From positions 2,182,617 to 2,246,616 of the forward strand of contig CM074818.1 of NCBI GenBank assembly GCA_037447605.1: DNA of 64,000 bases. The letters are read 5' to 3'. Position numbers and translations under genes: made by a program. Below the pieces are notes generated by a model. That model was not told where the DNA came from and ran no database searches. It worked only from the letters and a program-made list of their open reading frames with translations. Shown piece by piece: positions 37,310 to 56,825 of the stretch (its first letter is position 1; every line of letters starts with the position of its first letter). The stretch is from Zygnema circumcarinatum SAG 698-1b (taxonomy: Eukaryota; Plantae; Zygnematophyceae).

Positions 37310-39309
37310 TGAGTTGTAATCTACTTCCATTTGGTGTGTGCGTCTAGAAATAGAGCAGAAGAAGATCGAAAAATATTTTTTTTTCGTACAATTTAGATTT
37401 CTGGCCTCCCCCGACGAAGCCCATCCCATCAATGGTTTAGAAATGAAAGACGTTCAAATGGAACAAAAAATAAATATTTTGACTTGCGTCACATCACGCG
37501 TGTGGACGTGGCGATCTGGACTTTTGTCTTTTTTATGACGCAATCATAAAACGACAAACATCTCTGACGGGAGCCGCGGGAGTCCCGATCGCCCGTTGAC
37601 GTTGACATTACAAAATTCAACGTGGAGAAACTCTCACGACTTACACGACCCGCTTTTGGCGTTTTTGGCCAATGAATACCGGTCAACGGCGTCGGGACTC
37701 GTCCATTGACCTCCATTGACGTATCATAATTCAACGCGGAAAGACTTATACGACTTACAGGACACGCTTTTGGCTTTTTGCGCCTTTTCGCCGGCCAGTT
37801 GATAGCGGACAACGGAGTCGGCCGGGCAGCCAACGGTTGGGACTTGGCAAAGTTCCACAGTTCGGACCAGTGGATCGGCAACCATTGGACAACCATTGGA
37901 TGGCAATGGTTGGACGTCTACTGGTTGGCAACCAGTCGAATGGTTGTTTCGGTCCGCAACCACTGGTTGGCAACCAGTCGAATGGTTGCCTACCAGTGGC
38001 ATCCACTGGTTGGCAACCAGTCGACTGGTTTGGAACCAGTGGCATCCACTGGTTGGCAACCATTCAACTGGTTGTTTCGGTCCTGAGCCACTGGTTGGCA
38101 ACCAGTCGAATGGTTGTTTCGGTCCGCAACCACTGATTGCCAACCAGTCGACTGGTTTGTCTAATGGTCCGATCTGTGAAAAGTTTGCCTCCCCATTTTG
38201 GTTATCCCACCCCCTGTTTTCGATTTCACCCCCTTATTTTGGATATTCCACCCCCCTGTTTTGAATATTTCGGGAGGGAATCTTTCTCCCGCCCCTCCCG
38301 TCCCCTCCCTTCCCCTCCCCTCCCCTGCCCTGCTGCTGCTCTGCTGCTGTATCCTGCCAAGCCATCTGCCCATTCTACTCTAACGAGCTGCCAATCTGTA
38401 AGGCCACATTTGCGGCAACACCCACCTAGTCCTCTGTCCCTCTGCTCTCAGCACTTCACCTGAGTTTCCAGACGAGCCCTAAAAGCCCTAACAGCCCTAA
38501 AAATCCTATAAAACCCTAAAAAATGGCCGCTCCCTCCACGGCCGTCACGTACTTCCTTCGCAGCCGCGCCATGTCGGCAAATTTTCCCGCCATCCATTCT
38601 CCTGCCTCCGTGCATAAATCTATCCGTGCTTCCGCTCGGCCGTACAGACAAGTGGCCAAAGTGGCCAGTGACGTGATTGGCTTCGTGTCCTTACTGTGAA
38701 GGTAAATGACACATTCTCAGGTACAGCATACATATGATGAACACAACACACATTCTCATTGGACCAACACAGATCTCATAATCCCTTTCTTTATTTCAAA
38801 GAGGCCTCAATACAAATCACTTCATCCTCCTTTCTCTCATCCTCTGTCCTTTACATCTGCGCAGCACTTCCTTTTTCTACTCACTGTCTAAGCTTCCAGA
38901 ATGCTCCTTTCAGAATCCTCCTTCCTGAAGCTCGTCCATTTTTTGCGCTTCGCCAGGCACTTCTCTTCCTCGGACCTTCCTGAATTCTCAAGTGTGATCC
39001 CTTTTGTCCGTACATATGTCCGTACAACATCCGCACACCTCTGTACGGTACACATATCCGTACATCTGTCCGTACATTTTCCTTACAACCCGCAGCATCA
39101 TCTCCATCACACTTGCGACATGAAGTCAATCAGGCCTATGACGGCATCGGGTGGATCAATAATAAAAGCCACTGTTTTAGCAAATACACCGGAAAAGCCA
39201 TGATCCCCCGTCACAACGAGTGCGCTTTCTTGAATGGCGAAGCGCACAACCAAAGAGGGGCTAAACAGATAGTTGGAGTGTTTGCATAATCGGTATAACC
39301 TGTCCTCTG
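37310..39309. other. ~2-kb segment duplicated at 39320-41320 across an N gap, including a 3' fragment of gene A2; probable assembly overlap
   Basis: Both copies abut the gap at 39310-39319 and are near-identical; I saw one 1-nt indel (ggcatcc vs ggatcc). Confidence 0.7.
37915..38160. repeat. 42-43 bp minisatellite with palindromic core actggtt-ggc-aaccagt (6 units)
   Basis: Six units begin actggttggcaaccagtcga. Repeated at ~39925-40170 in the gap-associated duplicate. Looser related palindromes occur at 58560-58700. Confidence 0.85.
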
Positions 39310-41115
39310 NNNNNNNNNNTGAGTTGTAATCTACTTCCATTTGGTGTGTGCGTCTAGAAATAGAGCAGAAGAAGATCGAAAAATATTTTTTTTTCGTACA
39401 ATTTAGATTTCTGGCCTCCCCCGACGAAGCCCATCCCATCAATGGTTTAGAAATGAAAGACGTTCAAATGGAACAAAAAATAAATATTTTGACTTGCGTC
39501 ACATCACGCGTGTGGACGTGGCGATCTGGACTTTTGTCTTTTTTATGACGCAATCATAAAACGACAAACATCTCTGACGGGAGCCGCGGGAGTCCCGATC
39601 GCCCGTTGACGTTGACATTACAAAATTCAACGTGGAGAAACTCTCACGACTTACACGACCCGCTTTTGGCGTTTTTGGCCAATGAATACCGGTCAACGGC
39701 GTCGGGACTCGTCCATTGACCTCCATTGACGTATCATAATTCAACGCGGAAAGACTTATACGACTTACAGGACACGCTTTTGGCTTTTTGCGCCTTTTCG
39801 CCGGCCAGTTGATAGCGGACAACGGAGTCGGCCGGGCAGCCAACGGTTGGGACTTGGCAAAGTTCCACAGTTCGGACCAGTGGATCGGCAACCATTGGAC
39901 AACCATTGGATGGCAATGGTTGGACGTCTACTGGTTGGCAACCAGTCGAATGGTTGTTTCGGTCCGCAACCACTGGTTGGCAACCAGTCGAATGGTTGCC
40001 TACCAGTGGATCCACTGGTTGGCAACCAGTCGACTGGTTTGGAACCAGTGGCATCCACTGGTTGGCAACCATTCAACTGGTTGTTTCGGTCCTGAGCCAC
40101 TGGTTGGCAACCAGTCGAATGGTTGTTTCGGTCCGCAACCACTGATTGCCAACCAGTCGACTGGTTTGTCTAATGGTCCGATCTGTGAAAAGTTTGCCTC
40201 CCCATTTTGGTTATCCCACCCCCTGTTTTCGATTTCACCCCCTTATTTTGGATATTCCACCCCCCTGTTTTGAATATTTCGGGAGGGAATCTTTCTCCCG
40301 CCCCTCCCGTCCCCTCCCTTCCCCTCCCCTCCCCTGCCCTGCTGCTGCTCTGCTGCTGTATCCTGCCAAGCCATCTGCCCATTCTACTCTAACGAGCTGC
40401 CAATCTGTAAGGCCACATTTGCGGCAACACCCACCTAGTCCTCTGTCCCTCTGCTCTCAGCACTTCACCTGAGTTTCCAGACGAGCCCTAAAAGCCCTAA
40501 CAGCCCTAAAAATCCTATAAAACCCTAAAAAATGGCCGCTCCCTCCACGGCCGTCACGTACTTCCTTCGCAGCCGCGCCATGTCGGCAAATTTTCCCGCC
40601 ATCCATTCTCCTGCCTCCGTGCATAAATCTATCCGTGCTTCCGCTCGGCCGTACAGACAAGTGGCCAAAGTGGCCAGTGACGTGATTGGCTTCGTGTCCT
40701 TACTGTGAAGGTAAATGACACATTCTCAGGTACAGCATACATATGATGAACACAACACACATTCTCATTGGACCAACACAGATCTCATAATCCCTTTCTT
40801 TATTTCAAAGAGGCCTCAATACAAATCACTTCATCCTCCTTTCTCTCATCCTCTGTCCTTTACATCTGCGCAGCACTTCCTTTTTCTACTCACTGTCTAA
40901 GCTTCCAGAATGCTCCTTTCAGAATCCTCCTTCCTGAAGCTCGTCCATTTTTTGCGCTTCGCCAGGCACTTCTCTTCCTCGGACCTTCCTGAATTCTCAA
41001 GTGTGATCCCTTTTGTCCGTACATATGTCCGTACAACATCCGCACACCTCTGTACGGTACACATATCCGTACATCTGTCCGTACATTTTCCTTACAACCC
41101 GCAGCATCATCTCCA

Positions 41116-41862
41116 TCACACTTGCGACATGAAGTCAATCAGGCCTATGACGGCATCGGGTGGATCAATAATAAAAGCCACTGTTTTAGCAAATACACCG
41201 GAAAAGCCATGATCCCCCGTCACAACGAGTGCGCTTTCTTGAATGGCGAAGCGCACAACCAAAGAGGGGCTAAACAGATAGTTGGAGTGTTTGCATAATC
41301 GGTATAACCTGTCCTCTGGGGAGCGACCGAGACTCGGCTCTGAGTGTCGAAGGGGCCCTTCAAATCTCAATTCGTAACTGGGAGCGCCGGTGCCCACTAT
41401 CTCCACTCGCCACAGGACCTTCCCCGGTTTCAACTTCGCTGCTGAAGTGTGATACACACTGTGTGGATTTTGGCCTCTGCACAGCAACCTCCGCTGGTAC
41501 GTGACGATATAGTATTGGCCCGGCTGCGACTCCACAGGTCTGATTTGAAATATGGATTCCAACGAGACCTTTCTGAGAGGACTGCTGACGACGAAACGAT
41601 TATCTGAAAATCTCTTCACTTGTGTATCCTCCGCGAGTAGACACTTGTCCCGGGCGTGATGGTGGAGTATTTTCCATATCCCCTCGCCTTCCAATTCGAA
41701 GCTATAGACAGTGAGCAAGGAATGCTCCTCTGCCCCCTCCGTCAGCTGCGTGTAGCCGCACTTTGTCGCGCCTGGAACGATGAATTTATTCTCATAGCCT
41801 ATACGGACCTGCGTGCCGGTAGGGAACGGGTCGGTGGAGGAAGAACTGGACCCTGCCGCCAT
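41116..41862 (-). CDS. Hypothetical protein A2 (248 aa), paralog of A1
   Basis: Intact ORF colinear with A1. The 5' and 3' flanks are also homologous (35180-35530 vs 40340-40700; 36290-37210 vs 41870-42345). Confidence 0.75.
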   Translation of the reverse strand: MAAGSSSSSTDPFPTGTQVRIGYENKFIVPGATKCGYTQLTEGAEEHSLLTVYSFELEGEGIWKILHHHARDKCLLAEDTQVKRFSDNRFVVSSPLRKVSLESIFQIRPVESQPGQYYIVTYQRRLLCRGQNPHSVYHTSAAKLKPGKVLWRVEIVGTGAPSYELRFEGPLRHSEPSLGRSPEDRLYRLCKHSNYLFSPSLVVRFAIQESALVVTGDHGFSGVFAKTVAFIIDPPDAVIGLIDFMSQV

Positions 41863-42957
41863 AGGGGCGCGCTACCCCCTCTTCTCAAAGCTCTCTCCCT
41901 CTCTGTCTCCGCTATCCCCTCTCTCCGTTTCTGCTCCCTCTCTCCTCCCTCTCCCTCTCTGCTCCCTCTCTGCTTCCTCTCCCTCTCTCCTCCCTCTCCC
42001 TCTCTGCTCCCTCTCTGTTTCCTCTCCCACTCTCCTCCCTCTCCCTCTCTGCTCTCTCTCTGCTTCCTCTCCCTCTCTACTCCCTCTCTGCTTCCTCTCC
42101 CTCTCACCTCCCTCTCCCTATCTGAGCCCTCTCTGCTCCCTCTCCCTCTATCCTCCCTCTCTCCTCCGTCTCTCTCTATGCTCCCCTCTCCTCCTCTCGT
42201 TTCTCGCGCCTCTCTCTCTACAGCAGCTCTCCCTCCCAGCGAGCTCGCTTTGCTTTCCAGCCGCCTCTCTGTCTTATAAATCACTCTTGCCGTTAGTACG
42301 GCCGCGAGCCGCGGCTGGTCGCCGTATTCGTGACAGCCGGTTTGAAAAATGGAAAATGCTATATTCACACCTTTCTTGTCTACACACAGACCTTTTTTCG
42401 CCGGGCAGATTTTAAAATAGACAAAAAGGATTAAAAACGGAAAATGCTTTTTTCACACCTTTTTGGAATCGATACACACCTTTCTCCGACTGGCTGGTTT
42501 TACCCCTAATTTTGTTTTTTGAAGGAAAAAGATAGGGTAGTGATATTTCCACCCCTTTTTTGGATCCAAACACCCCTTCCCGGCCGGGCAGATTTCAAAA
42601 GGGATTAAAAACGGAAAATGCTTTTTTCACAACTTTTTGGAATCGATACCCACCTTCTTCCGTCGGCTGATTTTATTTTTGCTAACCAAGGAAAATGTTA
42701 CCCCGTCACTGCATTTTGAATACTGTATCCCGCCTCCCTGAATTTTTTTTTTTTAGGGAAAGAAATGTCTGCCTGCCCGAATCCGCTCGAAGCGGAAGAT
42801 CCGTCCGCCACGAGATCGCTCGCGGGTGTCCGTCCTTCACACGTGCGTATCAATCGCATCTGTCGATTCCCTCGCAGATCGCACCACTGCAGGTCACCGT
42901 TCGATCTGCAGCCGGGCTCGATCTCAGCCAATGGAAAGCGCCCACGAGTCGGATCGC

Positions 42958-44207
42958 ACGTACGAGTGCGCGCGTCCCTCGGCCCGAGATCTCCGCAAAA
43001 CTATGAGCTGGACCGGCCAGCCAGCGGCTGCTCGCCATTGACAACTGGCAGCCAATCACCATCTGCCTTGTGTTCTTTTTATGACGTGACAAAATGTGAT
43101 TGGTTCAAGCTCTCAATGTTACGGCATTTCGCCTTTCCTCGAAGCTTCTATCATATACTCTTGTACGGACACACTTTGGCCGGCTTTGGTGGGACACGTG
43201 TGCACGCGCCATTCGCTGGGACCCAGCCCGGCTGCAGATCTAACGGTGATCTGCAGTGGGGCGATCTGCTAGAGAATCGACAGCGGAGCTGTATTGCACG
43301 TGTGAGGGACGGCTATCCGCGAACGATCTCGTGCGGATGGATCTTCCGCTCCGAGCGGATTCGGGTAGGCCGATATTTTTTTTCCTCAAAAAACAAAATC
43401 AGGGGTAAAATCTGCCCGACGGAAAAAGGTGTGTATCAATTCCAAAATGGTGTGAAAAAAGCATTTTTCGTTTTTAATCCATTTTTTCTTAAATGTAACC
43501 TGCCCGGCAAAAAAAGGTCTGTGTGTAGACAAAAAAAGTGTGAATATAGCATTGGAAAATGATACAGCGGCCCCACTCTTTGGATATCGGCGCCCCCTTT
43601 TGGGAAAAATTGTACTTTTTTTTGGGAGCGACTATTTACAGTGTACGGATTCTGAATGTAGTGTACGATTTCACCGGGCAGCAAAAAAAAGGTTTTTTTT
43701 GGCGAAAAATGCTGTTTCACACTTTTCAGAATAGATACAGACCTTTTATCGTCGGATGTACGGATGGTGATCTGAAATGTACGAAGCGCGCGCGTCTACA
43801 AGGTATAAGGGCGCAACACGTGGAGCGACACGATTGGCCGGGACAACATATGACGTGTCAAGTATGTTTGGGACCGTGACGTGACGAAACGAGACGCGAC
43901 AAAAGTGGAGTCCGCGGACGGCAGTCGGAAATGGCGGGAAAAAAACTGACAGATTTCAAAAACTCATTTTAGGGTTTGTCAACGTCAAGGAGACTTTTTT
44001 AATACACAGAAAATCCCCAGCCACACCATGGCTGGGGTACGCTTCAAGAAAATTCTGTCATTTCATATGTCCAACATCCTGCTCGCTTCATCCCGCTACC
44101 CTTTCTGCAGCCTGAATGCTTTTATCATCCCTATCAACATCTTGCCTAGTCCAATGCCTGAATGATTACTGAAGCCTATCCGAGTGACTTGCATCAGAGC
44201 AGTCTCC
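42958..44207. other. Segment duplicated at 44218-45467 across an N gap; probable assembly overlap
   Basis: Near-identical copies abut the gap at 44208-44217; I saw one SNP (gcatcag vs gcaacag). Confidence 0.7.
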
Positions 44208-45619
44208 NNNNNNNNNNCACGTACGAGTGCGCGCGTCCCTCGGCCCGAGATCTCCGCAAAACTATGAGCTGGACCGGCCAGCCAGCGGCTGCTCGCCATT
44301 GACAACTGGCAGCCAATCACCATCTGCCTTGTGTTCTTTTTATGACGTGACAAAATGTGATTGGTTCAAGCTCTCAATGTTACGGCATTTCGCCTTTCCT
44401 CGAAGCTTCTATCATATACTCTTGTACGGACACACTTTGGCCGGCTTTGGTGGGACACGTGTGCACGCGCCATTCGCTGGGACCCAGCCCGGCTGCAGAT
44501 CTAACGGTGATCTGCAGTGGGGCGATCTGCTAGAGAATCGACAGCGGAGCTGTATTGCACGTGTGAGGGACGGCTATCCGCGAACGATCTCGTGCGGATG
44601 GATCTTCCGCTCCGAGCGGATTCGGGTAGGCCGATATTTTTTTTCCTCAAAAAACAAAATCAGGGGTAAAATCTGCCCGACGGAAAAAGGTGTGTATCAA
44701 TTCCAAAATGGTGTGAAAAAAGCATTTTTCGTTTTTAATCCATTTTTTCTTAAATGTAACCTGCCCGGCAAAAAAAGGTCTGTGTGTAGACAAAAAAAGT
44801 GTGAATATAGCATTGGAAAATGATACAGCGGCCCCACTCTTTGGATATCGGCGCCCCCTTTTGGGAAAAATTGTACTTTTTTTTGGGAGCGACTATTTAC
44901 AGTGTACGGATTCTGAATGTAGTGTACGATTTCACCGGGCAGCAAAAAAAAGGTTTTTTTTGGCGAAAAATGCTGTTTCACACTTTTCAGAATAGATACA
45001 GACCTTTTATCGTCGGATGTACGGATGGTGATCTGAAATGTACGAAGCGCGCGCGTCTACAAGGTATAAGGGCGCAACACGTGGAGCGACACGATTGGCC
45101 GGGACAACATATGACGTGTCAAGTATGTTTGGGACCGTGACGTGACGAAACGAGACGCGACAAAAGTGGAGTCCGCGGACGGCAGTCGGAAATGGCGGGA
45201 AAAAAACTGACAGATTTCAAAAACTCATTTTAGGGTTTGTCAACGTCAAGGAGACTTTTTTAATACACAGAAAATCCCCAGCCACACCATGGCTGGGGTA
45301 CGCTTCAAGAAAATTCTGTCATTTCATATGTCCAACATCCTGCTCGCTTCATCCCGCTACCCTTTCTGCAGCCTGAATGCTTTTATCATCCCTATCAACA
45401 TCTTGCCTAGTCCAATGCCTGAATGATTACTGAAGCCTATCCGAGTGACTTGCAACAGAGCAGTCTCCAGATGATCCTCCACGAGTGAGGGATCCAAGCG
45501 CATGTAGCCCAGCCTCCAGGGCTCCTGGCTATATGCTGCAAGGAGATCCACCACACCACCCGAGCCCTTTGATCAGTTTCTGTCACAACCAATAACCGGG
45601 TTCCAGTCACAGTCAACAA

Positions 45620-46290
<671 letters not shown>

Positions 46291-47101
46291 AAAAGGCATA
46301 AAATTACCCTAGGTTTAACCACCCAGACACCTGAGGAAGCATTTGTGAAGTTCCTTCATCGATGAACTCCTCCTGCGTAACGAACTCCATCTCCCTGTAG
46401 AGAGAGAGAGCGCAGAGAGCAAAGAGCAGAGAGCAGAGAGAGAGAAAGAGAGCGAGGGAGGAGCGCGAACTATACGAAGGAGGTGCGGGAGACGTTGACA
46501 AACCCTAAAATGAGTTTTTGAAATATGTCAGTTTTTTTCCCGCCATTTCCGACTGCCGTCCGCGGACTCCACTTTTGTCGCGTCTCGTTTCGTCACGTCA
46601 CGGTCCCAAACATACTTGACACGTCATATGTTGTCCCGGCCAATCATGTCGCTCCACGTGTTGCGCCCTTATACCTTGTAGACGCGCGCGCTTCGTACAT
46701 TTCAAATCACCATCCGTACATCCGACGATAAAAGGTCTGTATCTATTCTGAAAAGTGTGAAACAGCATTTTTCGCCAAAAAAAACCTTTTTTTTGCTGCC
46801 CGGTGAAATCGTACACTACATTCAGAATCCGTACACTGTAAATAGTCGCCCCCTTTTTTTTTTGGCTAATCATCCCCCCCCTTGGATCTTTCGGGAGGAG
46901 AGATCTTGTAGACAATCGGACCCCGCGCCTCGCGCGCAGGATCTGACCGTGCACCGACGTACGGCGCCGCGCATCGCGGCGTGGCCCGCGAGATGCGGCG
47001 AGCCTACGGAAGCGTTGTCCTCACCTGACCCTTTTGGGTCAGAGGTTGCCACGTGGCAGTCTTCCATTGGACAGCCCTGCTGCCGGTCCCCCATGCCGAT
47101 A

Positions 47102-47529
47102 CAGTGGACCCCCATAACATTTTCCACCCTGTACAGTGCCTCCCCAAGAAATTCGCCCCGATTTTGCCGAAACCACCTTTTTGTACGGTAACTCAATGTT
47201 AACGTATTAGGGGTGTTAACCTAACCTGACCTATTCTCCAATACAAAATCTGTTAATCGAAACGGATTTCAAACATGGGTCGCGCTTTTACGCTGTACGG
47301 TAAGTACGAATAAAATCTCTAAATCGTACGGTGTACGTACGGTACCAATAGGAGCTCGTGTATCTAAAAGCACGGTACGATACGATACGATACGGTACGT
47401 ACGAACCTACAAGAACTCTAACATAATACCGCTCGCCTATTGGTAACACGGACCTTATATTTGCAAAATGCAAAATTTTCGCCCAGTATTTGCCGAAACC
47501 ATGGCGAAAATATTATGGGGGGTCCACTG
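47102..47529. mobile_element. Family-D Tc1/mariner-like MITE at the centre of the C foldback
   Basis: TIR cagtggacccccataa with TA on both sides. It is the inverted homolog of 57135-57576. Confidence 0.8.
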
Positions 47530-47974
47530 TATCGACTGTGCACCGACGTACGGCGCCGCGATGCGCGGCGCCGTACGTCGGTGCACAGTCGGATCCTGCG
47601 CGCGAGGCGCGGGGTCCGATTGTCTACAAGATCTCTCCTCCCGAAAGATCCAAGGGGGGGGGTGATTAGCCAAAAAGGAAAGTACAATTTTTCCCAAAAG
47701 GGGTGCCGATATGCAAAAAGTGGGGCCGCTGTATCATTTTCCATAGCATTTTCCTGAAAAAATAATAATAATCCGTACACGCGCTTTTACCGTACACGAC
47801 GGTGACGGGTCCGAGTCAGAATGACGCCGCGCTCTGACTCCTGTCCGCAGATTTGGGCTGTAAACTACTTCATTTGGTCTATGCATCTAGATATAAAGCA
47901 AAAAAAAATCGAAAAAAAGAGAATTCTGAAATTCTAGATTTTTGGCCTCCGCCGAGGAAGCCCATCCCATCAAT

Positions 47975-48133
47975 AGGGGGTGTCAGACTTAAAAAATTTC
48001 AGTACGCGTGTTCGTAAGTTTGACATCAGAACGAGTACTCCAGTATAATCGCGATCCTCCTGCGGCGGAGTACTTTCGTAACCTTTTTTTTCGTAACGCT
48101 TTTCGTAAGATTTTGTTAAGTCTGACACCCCCT
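47975..48133. mobile_element. MITE, AGGGGG-TIR family, copy 3 (159 bp)
   Basis: Perfect 18-bp TIR agggggtgtcagacttaa with an aat TSD. The empty site cccatcccatcaatg is seen in the paralogous region near 37421-37440. Confidence 0.9.
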
Positions 48134-49505
48134 AATGACCTAGAAATGAAAGATGTTCAAATGGGACAAACGAGAAATGTTGTAGCTTGCGTCACATCTC
48201 GCCGCCCAGCGGCCTTGGCGTGTGGACGTGGCGAATCTGGTTTTTTGTCGTTTGAATGACGGCAATCCGCAAACGACAAAATCCTCTGACGGGAGCCTCG
48301 GGAGTCCCGACTCGCCCGTTGACGCTCATGTTGACGTTGACGTTTCGAAATTCAACGTGGAGAGACTCTCACGACTTACAGGACCCGCTTCGGAGTTTTT
48401 CGCCTTTTTGTCGGCCGGTGAATACGGGTCAACGGCGACGGAGCTCGTCCATTGACTTCCGTTGACGTTTCAAAATTCAACGTGGAAAGACACGACTTAC
48501 AGGACCCGATTTTGGCTTTTTGCGTCTTTTTGCCGGCCAATGGATAGCGGTCAACGGACTCGGACGGCCGGGCAGCCAACGGTTGCGACTTGGCAAAGTT
48601 CCATCGCCGTCATAACTTTGAGATAATGCGCTGCAGTTAACTTCTAGGCTTTCAGGGTTTTTGGGTTTTTAGGGTTTGAAGGGCTTAGCGACTCTCCGAC
48701 TGGAGGAGATGAAGGAAGGGGAAGCCATTCAGGTGCCGCCACGTGGCGGCCGTCTCCCTTGCTGTTGAGGGCTGGAGCCAATAGCGTGCGGCATCAGGAC
48801 AAGAAAGCAATATTGGAGCCGCAGCGAATGGGAGGGAGGCTGCGGCTGCTGAGAATAAGTAGAGAATAGGGCAGCGCATTAGAGTAATCCTCTAGCAGTG
48901 GTTGAGTGCAGGCTGCTCCTTGAGTCGGGGCAGAGGGAGGGGAGGGCGGGTATTTTATCGTGGGGTTTCAGAATGTAGAGGAGGCTGGTAGTGAGGGCTC
49001 AGGGCTCAATCACCGAGTTATACAATCTGAAATATATTAACGGAGTTTTAGGGCCTTTTGAGGCTTTTTCTCAAGGGAGTCAAGGGAGTGGGGGAGGGGG
49101 ANNNNNNNNNNGGGAGATAGGAGGGAGGGAGGGATGGACAGAAGGCAACATTGTGAAGAGAAACGGACTTCAGAAACCACGACGAAGTACTTGACAAGAG
49201 TAGGATGTCATGAAACCTTTACATCACTTCGCGATGAAGTGTGAATGGTCTGTAACGTCACGAATGCATCACGACAAGCCGACCGTACAAGTCAACCGTT
49301 GGCAAAAAAGTAAACATTATTTTTTTTCAATTTTGTGCACTCAAAGGGCTGACAATCTGTTGCTTTCACTGTAAATCTCAAAATATTTCAAAGCTACTAT
49401 AAAAAACAAAAAGAGGACAAGGTGTGTATGTGTTTTGGGGAGAGAGCGAGCGAGAGACAGAGAGAGAGAGAGAGAAAGAGAGACAGAGGGAGAGAGAGAG
49501 AGAGT

Positions 49506-56383
<6,878 letters not shown>

Positions 56384-56825
56384 GGTTGCCTTCCCACCAG
56401 TCCAGGGTTTGGGGTTACCGTACAGTAGGACCCCATCATATTTTCCACCTCCAAAAGTGCGTCACCAAGAAATTCGCACCGATTTTGCCGAAACCACTTT
56501 TTTGTACGGTAACTTGGTGTTAGCCGTACTATTCGTACTATTCGTACTAGCCGTATTAGCCGTACTAGCCGTACTAGCTATACTAGCCGTCACGGGCTTA
56601 CGCAAAACTCACCTAATCTCCCCGCACGTGCCGCCGTAAGAGGCGCTCACTCTTCTCCCCTTGTTCTTGGCTTCGATGCGATACGATACGATACGAAATG
56701 CCCATACGGTACTATCCGTACGAGCCGTACGAGCTGTAGTACAGTGGGGGTCCTCATATTTTCCACCCTGTACAGTGCGCTCCCAAGAAATTCGCCCCGA
56801 TTTTGCCGAAACCACCTTTTTGTAC

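Noticed and set aside
37915-38160. CRISPR-like array (palindromic repeat plus variable spacers)
   Set aside because: The spacers are variants of one another, the context is eukaryotic and there are no cas genes. It is a minisatellite.
39107-39442. Third copy of hypothetical protein A
   Set aside because: The ORF runs through the N gap and duplicates the 3' end of A2.
41200-41360. Histidine-phosphatase motifs in protein A2 (LRHSE ... VVTGDHG)
   Set aside because: The Arg is not kept in A1 (LQHSK), and the spacing is far shorter than in that fold.
43554-44207. Independent extra copy of element B left arm
   Set aside because: Part of the gap-flanking duplicate of 44218-45467.
48685-48879. 64-aa ORF downstream of the F420-like gene
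   Set aside because: No recognisable motif, no linked exons, and adjacent to an N gap.
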